Positions 36,888 to 45,917 of a DNA stretch of 52,263 nucleotides are shown in pieces. The translations under genes were made by a program, and so were the position numbers. The notes under the pieces are model-generated. The model searched no databases. It saw only the letters and a program-made list of their open reading frames with translations, and was not told the origin of the DNA. The DNA lies in IMG/VR virus record IMGVR_UViG_3300027712_000046, positions 1 through 52,263 of that record. One strand, 5' to 3'. The stretch comes from a virus. Lineage: Duplodnaviria > Caudoviricetes. The first letter of the stretch is position 1, and each line of letters opens with the position of its first letter.

Positions 36888-37180
36888 AACTTCCTAAATT
36901 AATAACAAAGTTTATAAGCAAAAAGAAAACATCACCTAAGTATGGTGATGTTTTTGCTGTTGGTATGGGAGATTATGCAGGTCAATTGCTTATATTTATT
37001 AAGCAAACAAAGGACAATTTGTTCTTTTTGTCAATACCCAATATGGAAAATCGTCAAATGCCGATTGAGAAGTTTGACTTCGGAATGGATCATGGTATAA
37101 TCGAGTATGTTGAACGCCTCCCTAAATCTATCCGCGATATTACAAGGGCTCAATTCTCGCAAAACGCGACAGAGAATTGA
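36884..37180 (+). CDS. Hypothetical protein
   Basis: ATGA overlap with the upstream gene. Confidence 0.6.
   Translation: MKLPKLITKFISKKKTSPKYGDVFAVGMGDYAGQLLIFIKQTKDNLFFLSIPNMENRQMPIEKFDFGMDHGIIEYVERLPKSIRDITRAQFSQNATEN
37074..37101 (+). promoter_or_regulatory. Sigma70-type promoter of the primase, inside the upstream ORF
   Basis: TTGACT-N16-TATAAT-N5-ATG, with extended TG. Confidence 0.7.
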
Positions 37181-38216
37181 GTTGCCGACCGATTATGTTG
37201 TGGCAAAGTTCTATGAGTTTGGATTTCAACCACAAACCAACAAATACAATGGCACCTACCAATGTGGGTGCCCTATTTGTAGAGAAGGTAAGAGTTTAGG
37301 ACGCAAAAAAAGGTGCTTTTATATTCCAGATCAAGACTTGATTTATTGTCATAACTGCGGATGGAGTAGCCAACCCCTGCGATGGGTGATGCAAGTATCT
37401 GGAATGGAAGAAATGGATATTTTAAACGAACTAGAAGATGATTCATACGACCTTATGGATGCATCTGCTCTAAATGAGCCGCCAAAAGCACCTCAGAAGC
37501 TTCCTTGCCTTCCTGATGACTGTATCAACCTAACTGATGACGCCCAACTTGCATACCATTCAAAAAATTTTATGGTTAAATCAGCATTGGATTATGCAAT
37601 CAGACGGCAGTTGTTTAGTGCAATCAACAAATGTGATGTATTATATTTCTCTTTGACGGATAAAGTTCATAAACATAGGCTAATACTACCATTTAAAGAT
37701 GAATACAATAAAATTCTGTTCTATCAAAGCCGAAAAATCTTTGATTGGGACGAAAGACCAACATATTTGTCTAAATTGAATGCTGATAAGACTCTGTTTG
37801 GCATAGATAGAGTTGATGGAAGCCTAAATGACAGCATTTTTATCTTTGAGGGGCCAATTGATGCATGTTTTGTTCAAAACGGGGTGGCAGTAGGCGGTAT
37901 TACAAAGGGAGATACGCTGTTTAGCCCTCTGCAACAGGAACAAATGGTTGGATTGAAGCTTTTTGATAGGATTTGGTGCTTGGATAGTCAATATTTGGAC
38001 CAAACCAGTTTGGAAAAGAGCATGAATCTACTTGAAAGAGGAGAAAAAATCTTTATATGGCCCGAAAACATCGGAACATTGTATAAAGATTTCAATCAAT
38101 TGTGTGTAGAGCAGAATATTGATAAAATACCATATTCATTTATCAAAAAACACACGTATCATGGACATCAGGGTATAATTAAACTTAAATTGATAACAGG
38201 GAAAGTAAAAAAATGA
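37107..38216 (+). CDS. 61: DNA primase gp61
   Basis: Zinc finger CPIC...CHNCG, RLILPF, TOPRIM FEGPIDA, LD and KDFN motifs. Confidence 0.92.
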   Translation: MLNASLNLSAILQGLNSRKTRQRIELPTDYVVAKFYEFGFQPQTNKYNGTYQCGCPICREGKSLGRKKRCFYIPDQDLIYCHNCGWSSQPLRWVMQVSGMEEMDILNELEDDSYDLMDASALNEPPKAPQKLPCLPDDCINLTDDAQLAYHSKNFMVKSALDYAIRRQLFSAINKCDVLYFSLTDKVHKHRLILPFKDEYNKILFYQSRKIFDWDERPTYLSKLNADKTLFGIDRVDGSLNDSIFIFEGPIDACFVQNGVAVGGITKGDTLFSPLQQEQMVGLKLFDRIWCLDSQYLDQTSLEKSMNLLERGEKIFIWPENIGTLYKDFNQLCVEQNIDKIPYSFIKKHTYHGHQGIIKLKLITGKVKK

Positions 38217-39214
38217 GTAAACTTAAAGTATTGAGCCTTTTTAGTGGAATTGGAGCCTTTGAGAAGGCTTTAACCAACAAAGATGTAGAGTTTGAGGTCG
38301 TTGCATTCAGCGATATCGACAAATACACTGTGCAAAGCTACTGTGCCATCCATAATGTTGATGAATCTCTTAATTTAGGCGATATATCAGCAATTAAAAC
38401 TAATTCATTGCCCGATTTTGACCTTTTGGTAGGTGGAAGTCCTTGTCAAAACATCAGTAAATGTGGAAATGTTAAAGGTTTGAAGGGTGATGAATCTAAA
38501 TTGTTCTATGATTACGCTAGAATACTCAATGATAAGCTTCCAAAGTATTTTATCTTCGAAAATGTTGATAATTTGCTCCAAGTCAATGATGGGGAAGACT
38601 GGAAGATTGTTTCAGTTGAATTATCTAAGAATTATAAGATAAAATCACAAGTTTTAGACTCCAAATACTACAATATACCTCAAAGTCGTAAAAGATTGTT
38701 TGTCGTGGGCGTTAGAAACGATATAGATGAAGAATTCAACTTTACACCGAGTTTAATTCCCACTTCTTTGACCATGAATGACATAATGGACCAAGATGCA
38801 GCTGATAGTTTGTTTATAACAAACTTTAATGGCCAATATGATGAAATTATTGAGAATAACAAGGTTGTATCTCTTAATAAAGGCAATAAAATCAAAAAGG
38901 TTGGCAACATATACCCAAAGAACGGTCAAAATGGCAATATTTACTCTCCTCACGGTTTATCACCTACCCTTAGAAGCGGTCAGGGTGTTGTAGGTAATGG
39001 TATTGGTAGTAATAATGCTCCAAAGGTGCTATTGGATGATGGAACTGTAAGAAAGCTTAGTTCTAAAGAGTGTTGGCGGCTTATGGGGTTCTCAGATGCT
39101 GATTATGAAAATTGCGTTGCGAAAAATGTATCCGCAACGCAATTATACAAGCAATCAGGTAATGCTATAGTCGTTAATGTAATCGAATCTATAGTGGATA
39201 ATTTATTCGGTTGA
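38213..39214 (+). CDS. dcm: DNA (cytosine-5)-methyltransferase
   Basis: LFSGIGA, GDI, GGSPCQ, FENV, PQSRKR and QSGNAI motifs. Confidence 0.95.
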   Translation: MSKLKVLSLFSGIGAFEKALTNKDVEFEVVAFSDIDKYTVQSYCAIHNVDESLNLGDISAIKTNSLPDFDLLVGGSPCQNISKCGNVKGLKGDESKLFYDYARILNDKLPKYFIFENVDNLLQVNDGEDWKIVSVELSKNYKIKSQVLDSKYYNIPQSRKRLFVVGVRNDIDEEFNFTPSLIPTSLTMNDIMDQDAADSLFITNFNGQYDEIIENNKVVSLNKGNKIKKVGNIYPKNGQNGNIYSPHGLSPTLRSGQGVVGNGIGSNNAPKVLLDDGTVRKLSSKECWRLMGFSDADYENCVAKNVSATQLYKQSGNAIVVNVIESIVDNLFG

Positions 39215-39225
39215 TATTGCCCAAA

Positions 39226-39669
39226 TTATACATATCGATATTTGGCATTCTTGGTCTGAGCCATAAATCCAAGGAAGTTTTGGTGCAATGCAGCCAAGTC
39301 AGACGCAACACGGGCGATTTTACTCTGTTGTGATTGCTTCATTTTATCGAGAACGGTATCAGCTTCAGCATTCGCCAAGCGAGATTGAATGCTATTTGGG
39401 TCTTCACTGTTTAAAACAGTAAGGAAGTTTTCAATTTGATCAATCCAACTTTGCAATTCGTTGACAATTTGGACATTTCTCTTAGAAATAGCATCGGCCA
39501 ACTCCCCGTGGGCGTTTCCAACTTCATCGGGTTGCATTGCATTGATATCATAATCAGTTGGATCGATACCATCATCAACGGACTGTTCCATAGCATCGCG
39601 TTCCAACATACTGTCTTCAGCAGCTTCGTTTAAGAAATACATGAATCTTTCAGCAAATAGTCTATTCAT
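39226..39669 (-). CDS. Hypothetical late protein, putative head-associated
   Basis: TAAATA-N5-ATG at 39669; FMYFLNEA leader. Confidence 0.65.
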   Translation of the reverse strand: MNRLFAERFMYFLNEAAEDSMLERDAMEQSVDDGIDPTDYDINAMQPDEVGNAHGELADAISKRNVQIVNELQSWIDQIENFLTVLNSEDPNSIQSRLANAEADTVLDKMKQSQQSKIARVASDLAALHQNFLGFMAQTKNAKYRYV

Positions 39670-39703
39670 ACTCATATTTAGTCACGGAATGATAAATAAT
39701 GTT

Positions 39704-40072
39704 ATGGCTAAAGGAGATTCTCCATATTCAACAGGTTTTTTATCATCTAATATTGATTTTGATATAAACACAAAGGATGCATTTGATAAAATCAAAGAAG
39801 ATGAGAAGATAACTTCTGAGGGTCCGTTGACTTTACCATTTGAGTTGACATTAGTTCCTCAATACCTTGGAAATATCGTTTTGAATGCTGTGGAAGCATC
39901 CAAAACAATTTCAAAGATTGAAGAATCTGAGAATTTTGGAAATATGGGTGAATTATTGAAGCTTCGTAATGGAATTGACAAAATAATCCACTATTTGATT
40001 AGAAACACCGACAAAACCCTTGCAAAATATGCAGTTGGTGCTAGACTTAGGGATGATGAAGAAGATGAATGA
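39704..40072 (+). CDS. Hypothetical late protein
   Basis: TAAATA-N5-ATG at 39704, back-to-back with the divergent late promoter. Confidence 0.6.
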   Translation: MAKGDSPYSTGFLSSNIDFDINTKDAFDKIKEDEKITSEGPLTLPFELTLVPQYLGNIVLNAVEASKTISKIEESENFGNMGELLKLRNGIDKIIHYLIRNTDKTLAKYAVGARLRDDEEDE

Positions 40073-40535
40073 TTCGTTTTGGATTAAAATCGCATTGAGA
40101 ATAGCAGCTATTGTATTATTTTCGTTCGGTTTAACTTTTTTAAAGCTTCCTTTTTGGAATACCGTCAGTATATTGTCAGGTGTTCTAATAATTGTAGAAG
40201 GATTTTTTCCAACTAAGGTGGAAACTCCTCCAATTCAGGAGTTGCAAGTATCAGATTTGCAAAAATTTGAAGAATTGCTTCAAGAAAAAGATGAAGTGAT
40301 CAATTCTTATGAGGTTATGTTGGATGAACAAGTCGTTTCTATTGATTGCAATTGTGGATCTACTCTTTTTAAAGGTATTTTGATTCCAAATGCTGAAAAT
40401 ATATGTAAATGCTCCAAATGTTCGGAAACATATAAGGTTTTCGTTAGCTATGACAGCATTTTAATCGCTGACCCGCTCACATCCGACGCTGTTTTCGACA
40501 AATTGCGTTCTATTGAGCCTGAATCTATCAATTAA
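40065..40535 (+). CDS. Putative membrane protein with coiled coil and Zn-ribbon
   Basis: Two hydrophobic N-terminal helices; CNC...CKCSKC. Confidence 0.6.
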   Translation: MNDSFWIKIALRIAAIVLFSFGLTFLKLPFWNTVSILSGVLIIVEGFFPTKVETPPIQELQVSDLQKFEELLQEKDEVINSYEVMLDEQVVSIDCNCGSTLFKGILIPNAENICKCSKCSETYKVFVSYDSILIADPLTSDAVFDKLRSIEPESIN

Positions 40536-40558
40536 ACACTGCGGCATAGTAATGTTGT

Positions 40559-40795
40559 ATGAAAACTATTACTATACATAGAAAACAAGGAATCGTAGAA
40601 CAAATGAGCTTGACATCTTTCGCAAGATGGGCTTGTTTGGTAGAGGCATTTGAATTTATTGATGAAAAAGCAGAAGAATTGGGACTTGATCTGAAAGATG
40701 TTGTAAAACCACTAGCAATCGAGCATTATATCAATGAAAGATTTCCCGCAATGCTTCACGATGTTACTGTAGAAGCAAGATCAGGTAATATTTGA
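40559..40795 (+). CDS. Small protein, possibly gp33-like late co-activator
   Basis: LVEA...EELGLDLKDV...VTVEARSGNI loosely follows the gp33 C-terminal pattern. Confidence 0.35.
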   Translation: MKTITIHRKQGIVEQMSLTSFARWACLVEAFEFIDEKAEELGLDLKDVVKPLAIEHYINERFPAMLHDVTVEARSGNI

Positions 40796-41614
40796 CTTGA
40801 TTTCATCCTCAATAATTTGAATGTAATTATTATCGACCACTTCTTTGAAGTGGTCTTTTAATTCATCAGTAGGTAGACCCAATTCTGCAAACCCAATCAT
40901 ATAATTACGAAAGCGATCCTTTAAATTATTGGGGTATGACACTCCATTCGGGCGTTGGAATCGATGCATCCATCTTAAGAACGGTAAACATAATGTTTTT
41001 TTACCGTTTTTTTTGTATTTGGTATGAATATACCCTTCTTCGCCGCCAAAACCTCTGAAATTCTTATTAAAACCAAGCCAACTGTCTTTTCTACAAGCAA
41101 AAAGACCCAATCCTTGTGCAGGTATTTCAAAAGGCTTATTAGCAGGTGAAATACCCCTGTCATCGGTGCCCCAAGTGCCCCACATATAAGATCTCCATTC
41201 CAAATCAAAGTGTGTTGAAATGTTTTTCATATCATCATACACCAATGGACCTTGTAAAAGATTACCACGATCCTTTCCAGAATCAAAAAACGCAATTAAT
41301 TGATTAATCGATCCCGGTTCCAATAAAACATGGCTATCAATACACAACACATAAGGTGTATCTGCCAATTCAAATATTTTATTTCGAACAATAGTGGAAT
41401 TATACTTTGTAAATGGCAAATATTGAACAGGTTCTTGAATCCATTCAATATATTCACGTAAAGATTTGCCGTGTTTGCTAGTTGGATTGTTATCAATGAT
41501 GATAAATTCAACATCATTCAATATTTCAGTATGAAACATTCGAATGGCTTGTAAAGTAAAGTAAATACCATCAAAATCATCATGGACCGCCATGCCTATT
41601 GTTAATTTTTTCAT
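40781..41614 (-). CDS. GT-A glycosyltransferase with polypeptide GalNAc-transferase-like motifs
   Basis: IIIDNN, VLCIDSHV (DxH), GLGLFA, FRGFGGEE and MHRFQRP motifs. Confidence 0.75.
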   Translation of the reverse strand: MKKLTIGMAVHDDFDGIYFTLQAIRMFHTEILNDVEFIIIDNNPTSKHGKSLREYIEWIQEPVQYLPFTKYNSTIVRNKIFELADTPYVLCIDSHVLLEPGSINQLIAFFDSGKDRGNLLQGPLVYDDMKNISTHFDLEWRSYMWGTWGTDDRGISPANKPFEIPAQGLGLFACRKDSWLGFNKNFRGFGGEEGYIHTKYKKNGKKTLCLPFLRWMHRFQRPNGVSYPNNLKDRFRNYMIGFAELGLPTDELKDHFKEVVDNNYIQIIEDEIKSNIT

Positions 41615-41625
41615 TTCTATAATTA

Positions 41626-42153
41626 TCAGAATCCTAATCTATTGCAACTACCAATTTGAGAAGAACATTGCAATACCAATGGAGATATTGTAGTGACTTT
41701 AGAAGTTGTGGTGCTAGTAGATACATAAACAACAGGCTGTAATGTTGTTGATATGTTTGAGGGGCTTCCAAATCCCGGTGGCATCGTTAATGGATTAGAT
41801 GTAGTGGTTGGATTTAACGTAACTGTGAACACAGGAGGGAATGTAAATGTTCCCGGATCAAGAGTTGTCTCCGTAGTTGTCTCTGTAGTGGTCTCCGTAG
41901 TAGTATACGGGGGAATCGTAGTGCTGGTAGATGTGCTGGTGGATGTAGATGTAGATGTGCTGGTGGATGTGGACGTAGAGGTGCTAGTGCTAGTGGTCTC
42001 CGTAGTAGTATACGGGGGAATCGTAGTGCTGGTAGATGTGCTGGTGGATGTAGATGTAGATGTGCTGGTGGATGTGGACGTAGAGGTGCTAGTGCTAGTG
42101 GAAGTGCTAGTGCTAGTTGATGTGTCTGTTGTAAATGTAGTTTCATCAACCAT
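41626..42153 (-). CDS. Thr/Ser/Pro-rich mucin-like protein
   Basis: Long (TS)n runs, two IPPYTTTE units, T/P-rich tail and two C-terminal Cys; in the tail operon between flanking genes of the same strand. Confidence 0.7.
   Translation of the reverse strand: MVDETTFTTDTSTSTSTSTSTSTSTSTSTSTSTSTSTSTSTSTTIPPYTTTETTSTSTSTSTSTSTSTSTSTSTSTSTTIPPYTTTETTTETTTETTLDPGTFTFPPVFTVTLNPTTTSNPLTMPPGFGSPSNISTTLQPVVYVSTSTTTSKVTTISPLVLQCSSQIGSCNRLGF
41886..42101. repeat. Exact 105-bp (35-codon) tandem duplication
   Basis: The unit starting tagtggtctccgtag recurs at 41886 and 41991; identity extends to 42101. Confidence 0.9.
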
Positions 42154-42156
42154 TTA

Positions 42157-42969
42157 TTATGGATATATCCCAGATAAAGTGTTATATGTTAATTCTCCAG
42201 ATGTTTTGATTTTATCAAATGGTATTATCTCCGTAATTGCATCTTGCGTTGCTCCTTGAACGTGAAAATTTTTGAAAAATAACGTAGATGGAGTATTTAA
42301 TGATGATATTGGCGAGCAAAATGTGAATCCAGCTTTCAATCCGTTTTTGTATGTCAAATAGTTTCCAATATATACAGAAGTTAACGTTCGATACGATGAA
42401 TCTGTATTATATTTAAAATCGATAGATATGGTATCTGTATTTGCGTATCTAAATCGCAAAGTTTTGTAAGATTTTGCTGATGATAGTATTGAGAATGATG
42501 AATTTAAACTAGATAATGTTTCATAAAAAATGATATTATCAGAACCTTCTCGTATTATTATGCTATTGCGTTTAATTTGATTCAAATTAACGCCCCCTCT
42601 AGTCGAAGAAGACAACGCAAACAATCCTGTTGTATCAAATGCAATACAAATGTCGCCAACTGTATCAGTTCCAACGTTTCCTTCTAATACAATACGATTG
42701 TAATCTTCTGTTAAGATAAACTCATCACTTTCAGTTGCTAAAAATGCTGATGCAGGAAGACTACAACTATATCCTAGATATTGCCCCGGTAAAGCTGATG
42801 TTGATTGAGTTTGGGATGTTAAAAACGTGCAAAAACCAGCTTCTGTTCCAGTCAATGCATATTGAAAACTCCAAGTTATATCATAGCTTGGATTATATTG
42901 ATTATTATTATCAACAAATGCAAAATACTTTGCATTTGCTGGTAATGTTATGTCCGCTGGAAAACTCAT
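42157..42969 (-). CDS. Putative virion protein with L-type lectin/ConA-like domain
   Basis: AGFCTFL, GQYLGY and ICIAFDT motifs resemble the legume-lectin DG..F / G..LG / VAVEFDT pattern. Confidence 0.5.
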   Translation of the reverse strand: MSFPADITLPANAKYFAFVDNNNQYNPSYDITWSFQYALTGTEAGFCTFLTSQTQSTSALPGQYLGYSCSLPASAFLATESDEFILTEDYNRIVLEGNVGTDTVGDICIAFDTTGLFALSSSTRGGVNLNQIKRNSIIIREGSDNIIFYETLSSLNSSFSILSSAKSYKTLRFRYANTDTISIDFKYNTDSSYRTLTSVYIGNYLTYKNGLKAGFTFCSPISSLNTPSTLFFKNFHVQGATQDAITEIIPFDKIKTSGELTYNTLSGIYP

Positions 42970-44078
42970 ACTTTATCTTTAATCAATACACTAACAGGTA
43001 AATCATATCGAGCAAATAAATTAGCTAGTGATACAACCTTAACAATGCAATAAGTATTGGTGGATTCAGTAACTTTAGCAAACCAGCCCAAATTATCTGA
43101 AATCACGTTCGCTAAAACAAACGGTTTTGATAAATTAGTGGTAGGATACGAGAATTTATATTCTCCTCTCGCCATTCTAGTAGCCGACAATAAAGAAGAA
43201 TTTGCATCGAATGATGACAGTAGAGAACCATCTGCGATGGTAAGAATTCCCCATTTTTCAGTCCAATAAATACTGTTTAGTGTGAATGCATTAACAGCTG
43301 ACAAAATACTACTATCAACTCCGATAACAACGGTGCTTGTCAATGGATTTGTCGCAACTCCAGTTATTGGAAGTCCATTACCAGTAGCCGTCAATCCATT
43401 TGTTACAGTTATTGTATTTGTAGATATATCAACAGCTGATAATTTTGTCCAGCTGAGAGTTCCATCGGCTTGTATTCTAGCAAATGTATTATTTAATAAT
43501 ACATTTGATGGAAAGTGATAAATGTTATTATTTATCTTTAGATCACTTGGAAGTGTCAATTCAGAAGCCGTTGCTTTTACAATAATATCAGCTGGAATAG
43601 TTGCAGACAGTGCGATCTTATTAGATCCATTAATGTAAATCGGCGCTGTAGTTGCATTTGAATCAATATTACCCGCTGATATTTTACCTACAATTACAGA
43701 AGTGTCTGAAATTACAATAGTTCCATTACCTGCATTATAAATTCCACCGATTTTAGTCCAATTTGAAACAGTTGTTCCCGGTAACGATGTTAATTTGTAT
43801 AGATAATTAAGATTAGTAGCAAATGCCAAATCTCCAACTTCTGAATTATCTCCATATGAAGTTGCTATGTTGGAAACTGTAGTCTGCTCACCTTTGAATT
43901 TGTTACCAGCCGGAACTCCCCCAGCAGTTGAACCATCTCCAATATATAATCTTTTTGTATCTGTTGAATATCCAAGTTCACCAGCATCCAAAATGATTTG
44001 TTTTCGTTGAGAGTCTGGACCCTGCCGAACAATCAATTTCAGGAGAGTGTTTTCGTATATTTCAATAGATTTTGCCAT
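42966..44078 (-). CDS. Tail fibre-like protein with Mtd_N-type N-terminal domain
   Basis: ILDAGELGYSTDTKRLYIGDG motif; S/T/G/N-rich beta body. Confidence 0.7.
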   Translation of the reverse strand: MAKSIEIYENTLLKLIVRQGPDSQRKQIILDAGELGYSTDTKRLYIGDGSTAGGVPAGNKFKGEQTTVSNIATSYGDNSEVGDLAFATNLNYLYKLTSLPGTTVSNWTKIGGIYNAGNGTIVISDTSVIVGKISAGNIDSNATTAPIYINGSNKIALSATIPADIIVKATASELTLPSDLKINNNIYHFPSNVLLNNTFARIQADGTLSWTKLSAVDISTNTITVTNGLTATGNGLPITGVATNPLTSTVVIGVDSSILSAVNAFTLNSIYWTEKWGILTIADGSLLSSFDANSSLLSATRMARGEYKFSYPTTNLSKPFVLANVISDNLGWFAKVTESTNTYCIVKVVSLANLFARYDLPVSVLIKDKV

Positions 44079-44086
44079 ATAATTAA

Positions 44087-45190
44087 TTAGTAAGCGTAGA
44101 CTGGAATTGCAAAACGACTGATTATCTTATCGCCTAATCTTGTTGATGTGTTACCTTCAAACAACATGAACCCAGCAGATGACAATACAAGAACACTTGA
44201 CGTAGAGCCATTTGAAGACATTGTATAGTAAGTAGTCAATGCTCCAGATGCGGACGGCCATGATGTCAAACCTTTTGTAATAGCACCATTATGACCAGTT
44301 CCAGTTCCGTCTGGGTTAAACGCGGATACAACATCATAAATGGATGATCTGATATAAGTAATTCTACCATAACTATCTGATGACATAGCAGCCATTTCAC
44401 TATAGTTAGTTCCAATTGTTTTTAAATCTAATGTGCCATTTGCGTTTAAATCAAATGCCGCAACATTAACACCTGTTATAGCGGTTCGAATAGTGGAATT
44501 TGCACTATTCAGTTGCAACCCATTACCAATCCACGAACCGGACAATGCAGAGTAACTGAGAGCAGCTACATCCAAATTACCATCTGATGTAATTTTCAAA
44601 TTAGATGCCAATTTAAGACCAACTTTGGTTCCATTACCACCACTCAAACCATTTGTGAATGTGGCGGATGCCAATTCAAATTCTGTAACGCCTTGATTGT
44701 TAATTTGCAGAGCACTTAATCCACTCAATTTGAATTGAGTTGCATCATAGTTGACTTTGAGAATACCAGAATCAATTTTAAGACCGCCAGTTACATAAGA
44801 TGGATTAATTTTGATTGGAAGAATTGCATTGTCTTTTAATGTTATGTAATTGTTTGATAATAATTCAAAAAACGCAGCATCAATTTTTGGACCGACTGGA
44901 TACCAAGATGAAATATTATTGTAAGCTGCCGCAGTTAATTGATAAAATTGATTATTTGCATACACCAAATCGCCAACCTGTGCATTTGTGTCAGTAAGAG
45001 AGCTATAGCTGTTTGAAACTGGATGCACTTTTGATCCAACTACAACACCACCCGATAGAGTGCCTGTCCCCACAAAAACTCTACGAGTGTCAATGGTGTA
45101 ACCCAACTCACCTTCATCCAAGATGACGGTTTTACGTTGAGAATCCAGTCCTCTACGGACTTTAAATTTTGTAATTTGAATACTTGCCAT
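44087..45190 (-). CDS. Tail fibre-like protein, paralogue of 42966..44078
   Basis: KVRRG...ILDEGELGYTIDTRRVFVGTG; GL-x-x-x-G repeats. Confidence 0.7.
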   Translation of the reverse strand: MASIQITKFKVRRGLDSQRKTVILDEGELGYTIDTRRVFVGTGTLSGGVVVGSKVHPVSNSYSSLTDTNAQVGDLVYANNQFYQLTAAAYNNISSWYPVGPKIDAAFFELLSNNYITLKDNAILPIKINPSYVTGGLKIDSGILKVNYDATQFKLSGLSALQINNQGVTEFELASATFTNGLSGGNGTKVGLKLASNLKITSDGNLDVAALSYSALSGSWIGNGLQLNSANSTIRTAITGVNVAAFDLNANGTLDLKTIGTNYSEMAAMSSDSYGRITYIRSSIYDVVSAFNPDGTGTGHNGAITKGLTSWPSASGALTTYYTMSSNGSTSSVLVLSSAGFMLFEGNTSTRLGDKIISRFAIPVYAY

Positions 45191-45193
45191 ATA

Positions 45194-45886
45194 TTAAGCG
45201 GTTCTTTGCCAAATGTAAAGACCAAATGAGGGGGGAGTGGTCATTATCGGTACTCCCAATCCAGTGTTGTCTGCTGTATTTCCAACAAGCGATGTTTTAC
45301 CAAGAGTTGCTTGAGTTGGAGTTCCTCTTAATGTGTAAGCTCTACTAGCTACTGCATAAGCATCGGCTATGACTGTGGTTTCGGCTGATACAGTAGGTGC
45401 AGTTTGAGCGTATGCACTATCAGAGTTAGCAACATAGTGGGAGTGAGCAGGTAAATTATTCTTATCGAGGGCTACTTCATATTTTCCAGTATTGTTACCA
45501 CCAACGCTAAAGGTTCTTGAAATACCAGTTGAATCTGATCCAGTTCCAACCCCAACAATAAAGCGTCCTTGTGCAATTTGTCCCCAAGTTCCACCCATAA
45601 AAGTAGATGGACTTGAATTGGTAGCTGTAAAATAAACACTTCCAACAGGGAATAACACATCGATCAATGGTTTAGGAGAGGCGGATGTCGGGTATGACAC
45701 ATTACCAGCAATAAGTGGACCGCTAACAACAGCCCCATTGTTTTTAGCGCCAAGTGATAATGCGGTTTGCTTACCACCGCCATCATAGATATCATCTATA
45801 CTAGATGAGGGTACTCCGTCATTGTTAACTGTGTGTAACAAGGAGGTGTAAGTATCAGAAATAAACTGGTTTTCCAAAGATTTCAT
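45194..45886 (-). CDS. Baseplate/short-fibre protein with gp10-C / collar-like domain
   Basis: FPVGSVYFT...PSTFMGGTW..IAQGRFIVGVG, NLPAHSH and PPSFGLYIWQRTA motifs; TAAATA-N6-ATG. Confidence 0.75.
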   Translation of the reverse strand: MKSLENQFISDTYTSLLHTVNNDGVPSSSIDDIYDGGGKQTALSLGAKNNGAVVSGPLIAGNVSYPTSASPKPLIDVLFPVGSVYFTATNSSPSTFMGGTWGQIAQGRFIVGVGTGSDSTGISRTFSVGGNNTGKYEVALDKNNLPAHSHYVANSDSAYAQTAPTVSAETTVIADAYAVASRAYTLRGTPTQATLGKTSLVGNTADNTGLGVPIMTTPPSFGLYIWQRTA

Positions 45887-45917
45887 TAGTTGTATTTAAT
45901 TTGAAGATTTGATTATG

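Noticed and set aside
38213-39214. Restriction-modification system
   Set aside because: No adjacent restriction endonuclease; orphan methyltransferases are common in phages.
41886-42101. CRISPR-like array
   Set aside because: Contiguous in-frame coding duplication with no unique spacers and no cas genes.
41753-42259. Plus-strand V/D-rich ORF (and the 41814..42149 alternative frame)
   Set aside because: Shadow frames of the TS repeat; the minus-strand ORF fits the operon spacing.
42966-45190. Diversity-generating retroelement suggested by Mtd_N-like domains
   Set aside because: No reverse transcriptase and no TR/VR pair differing at adenines seen in the window.
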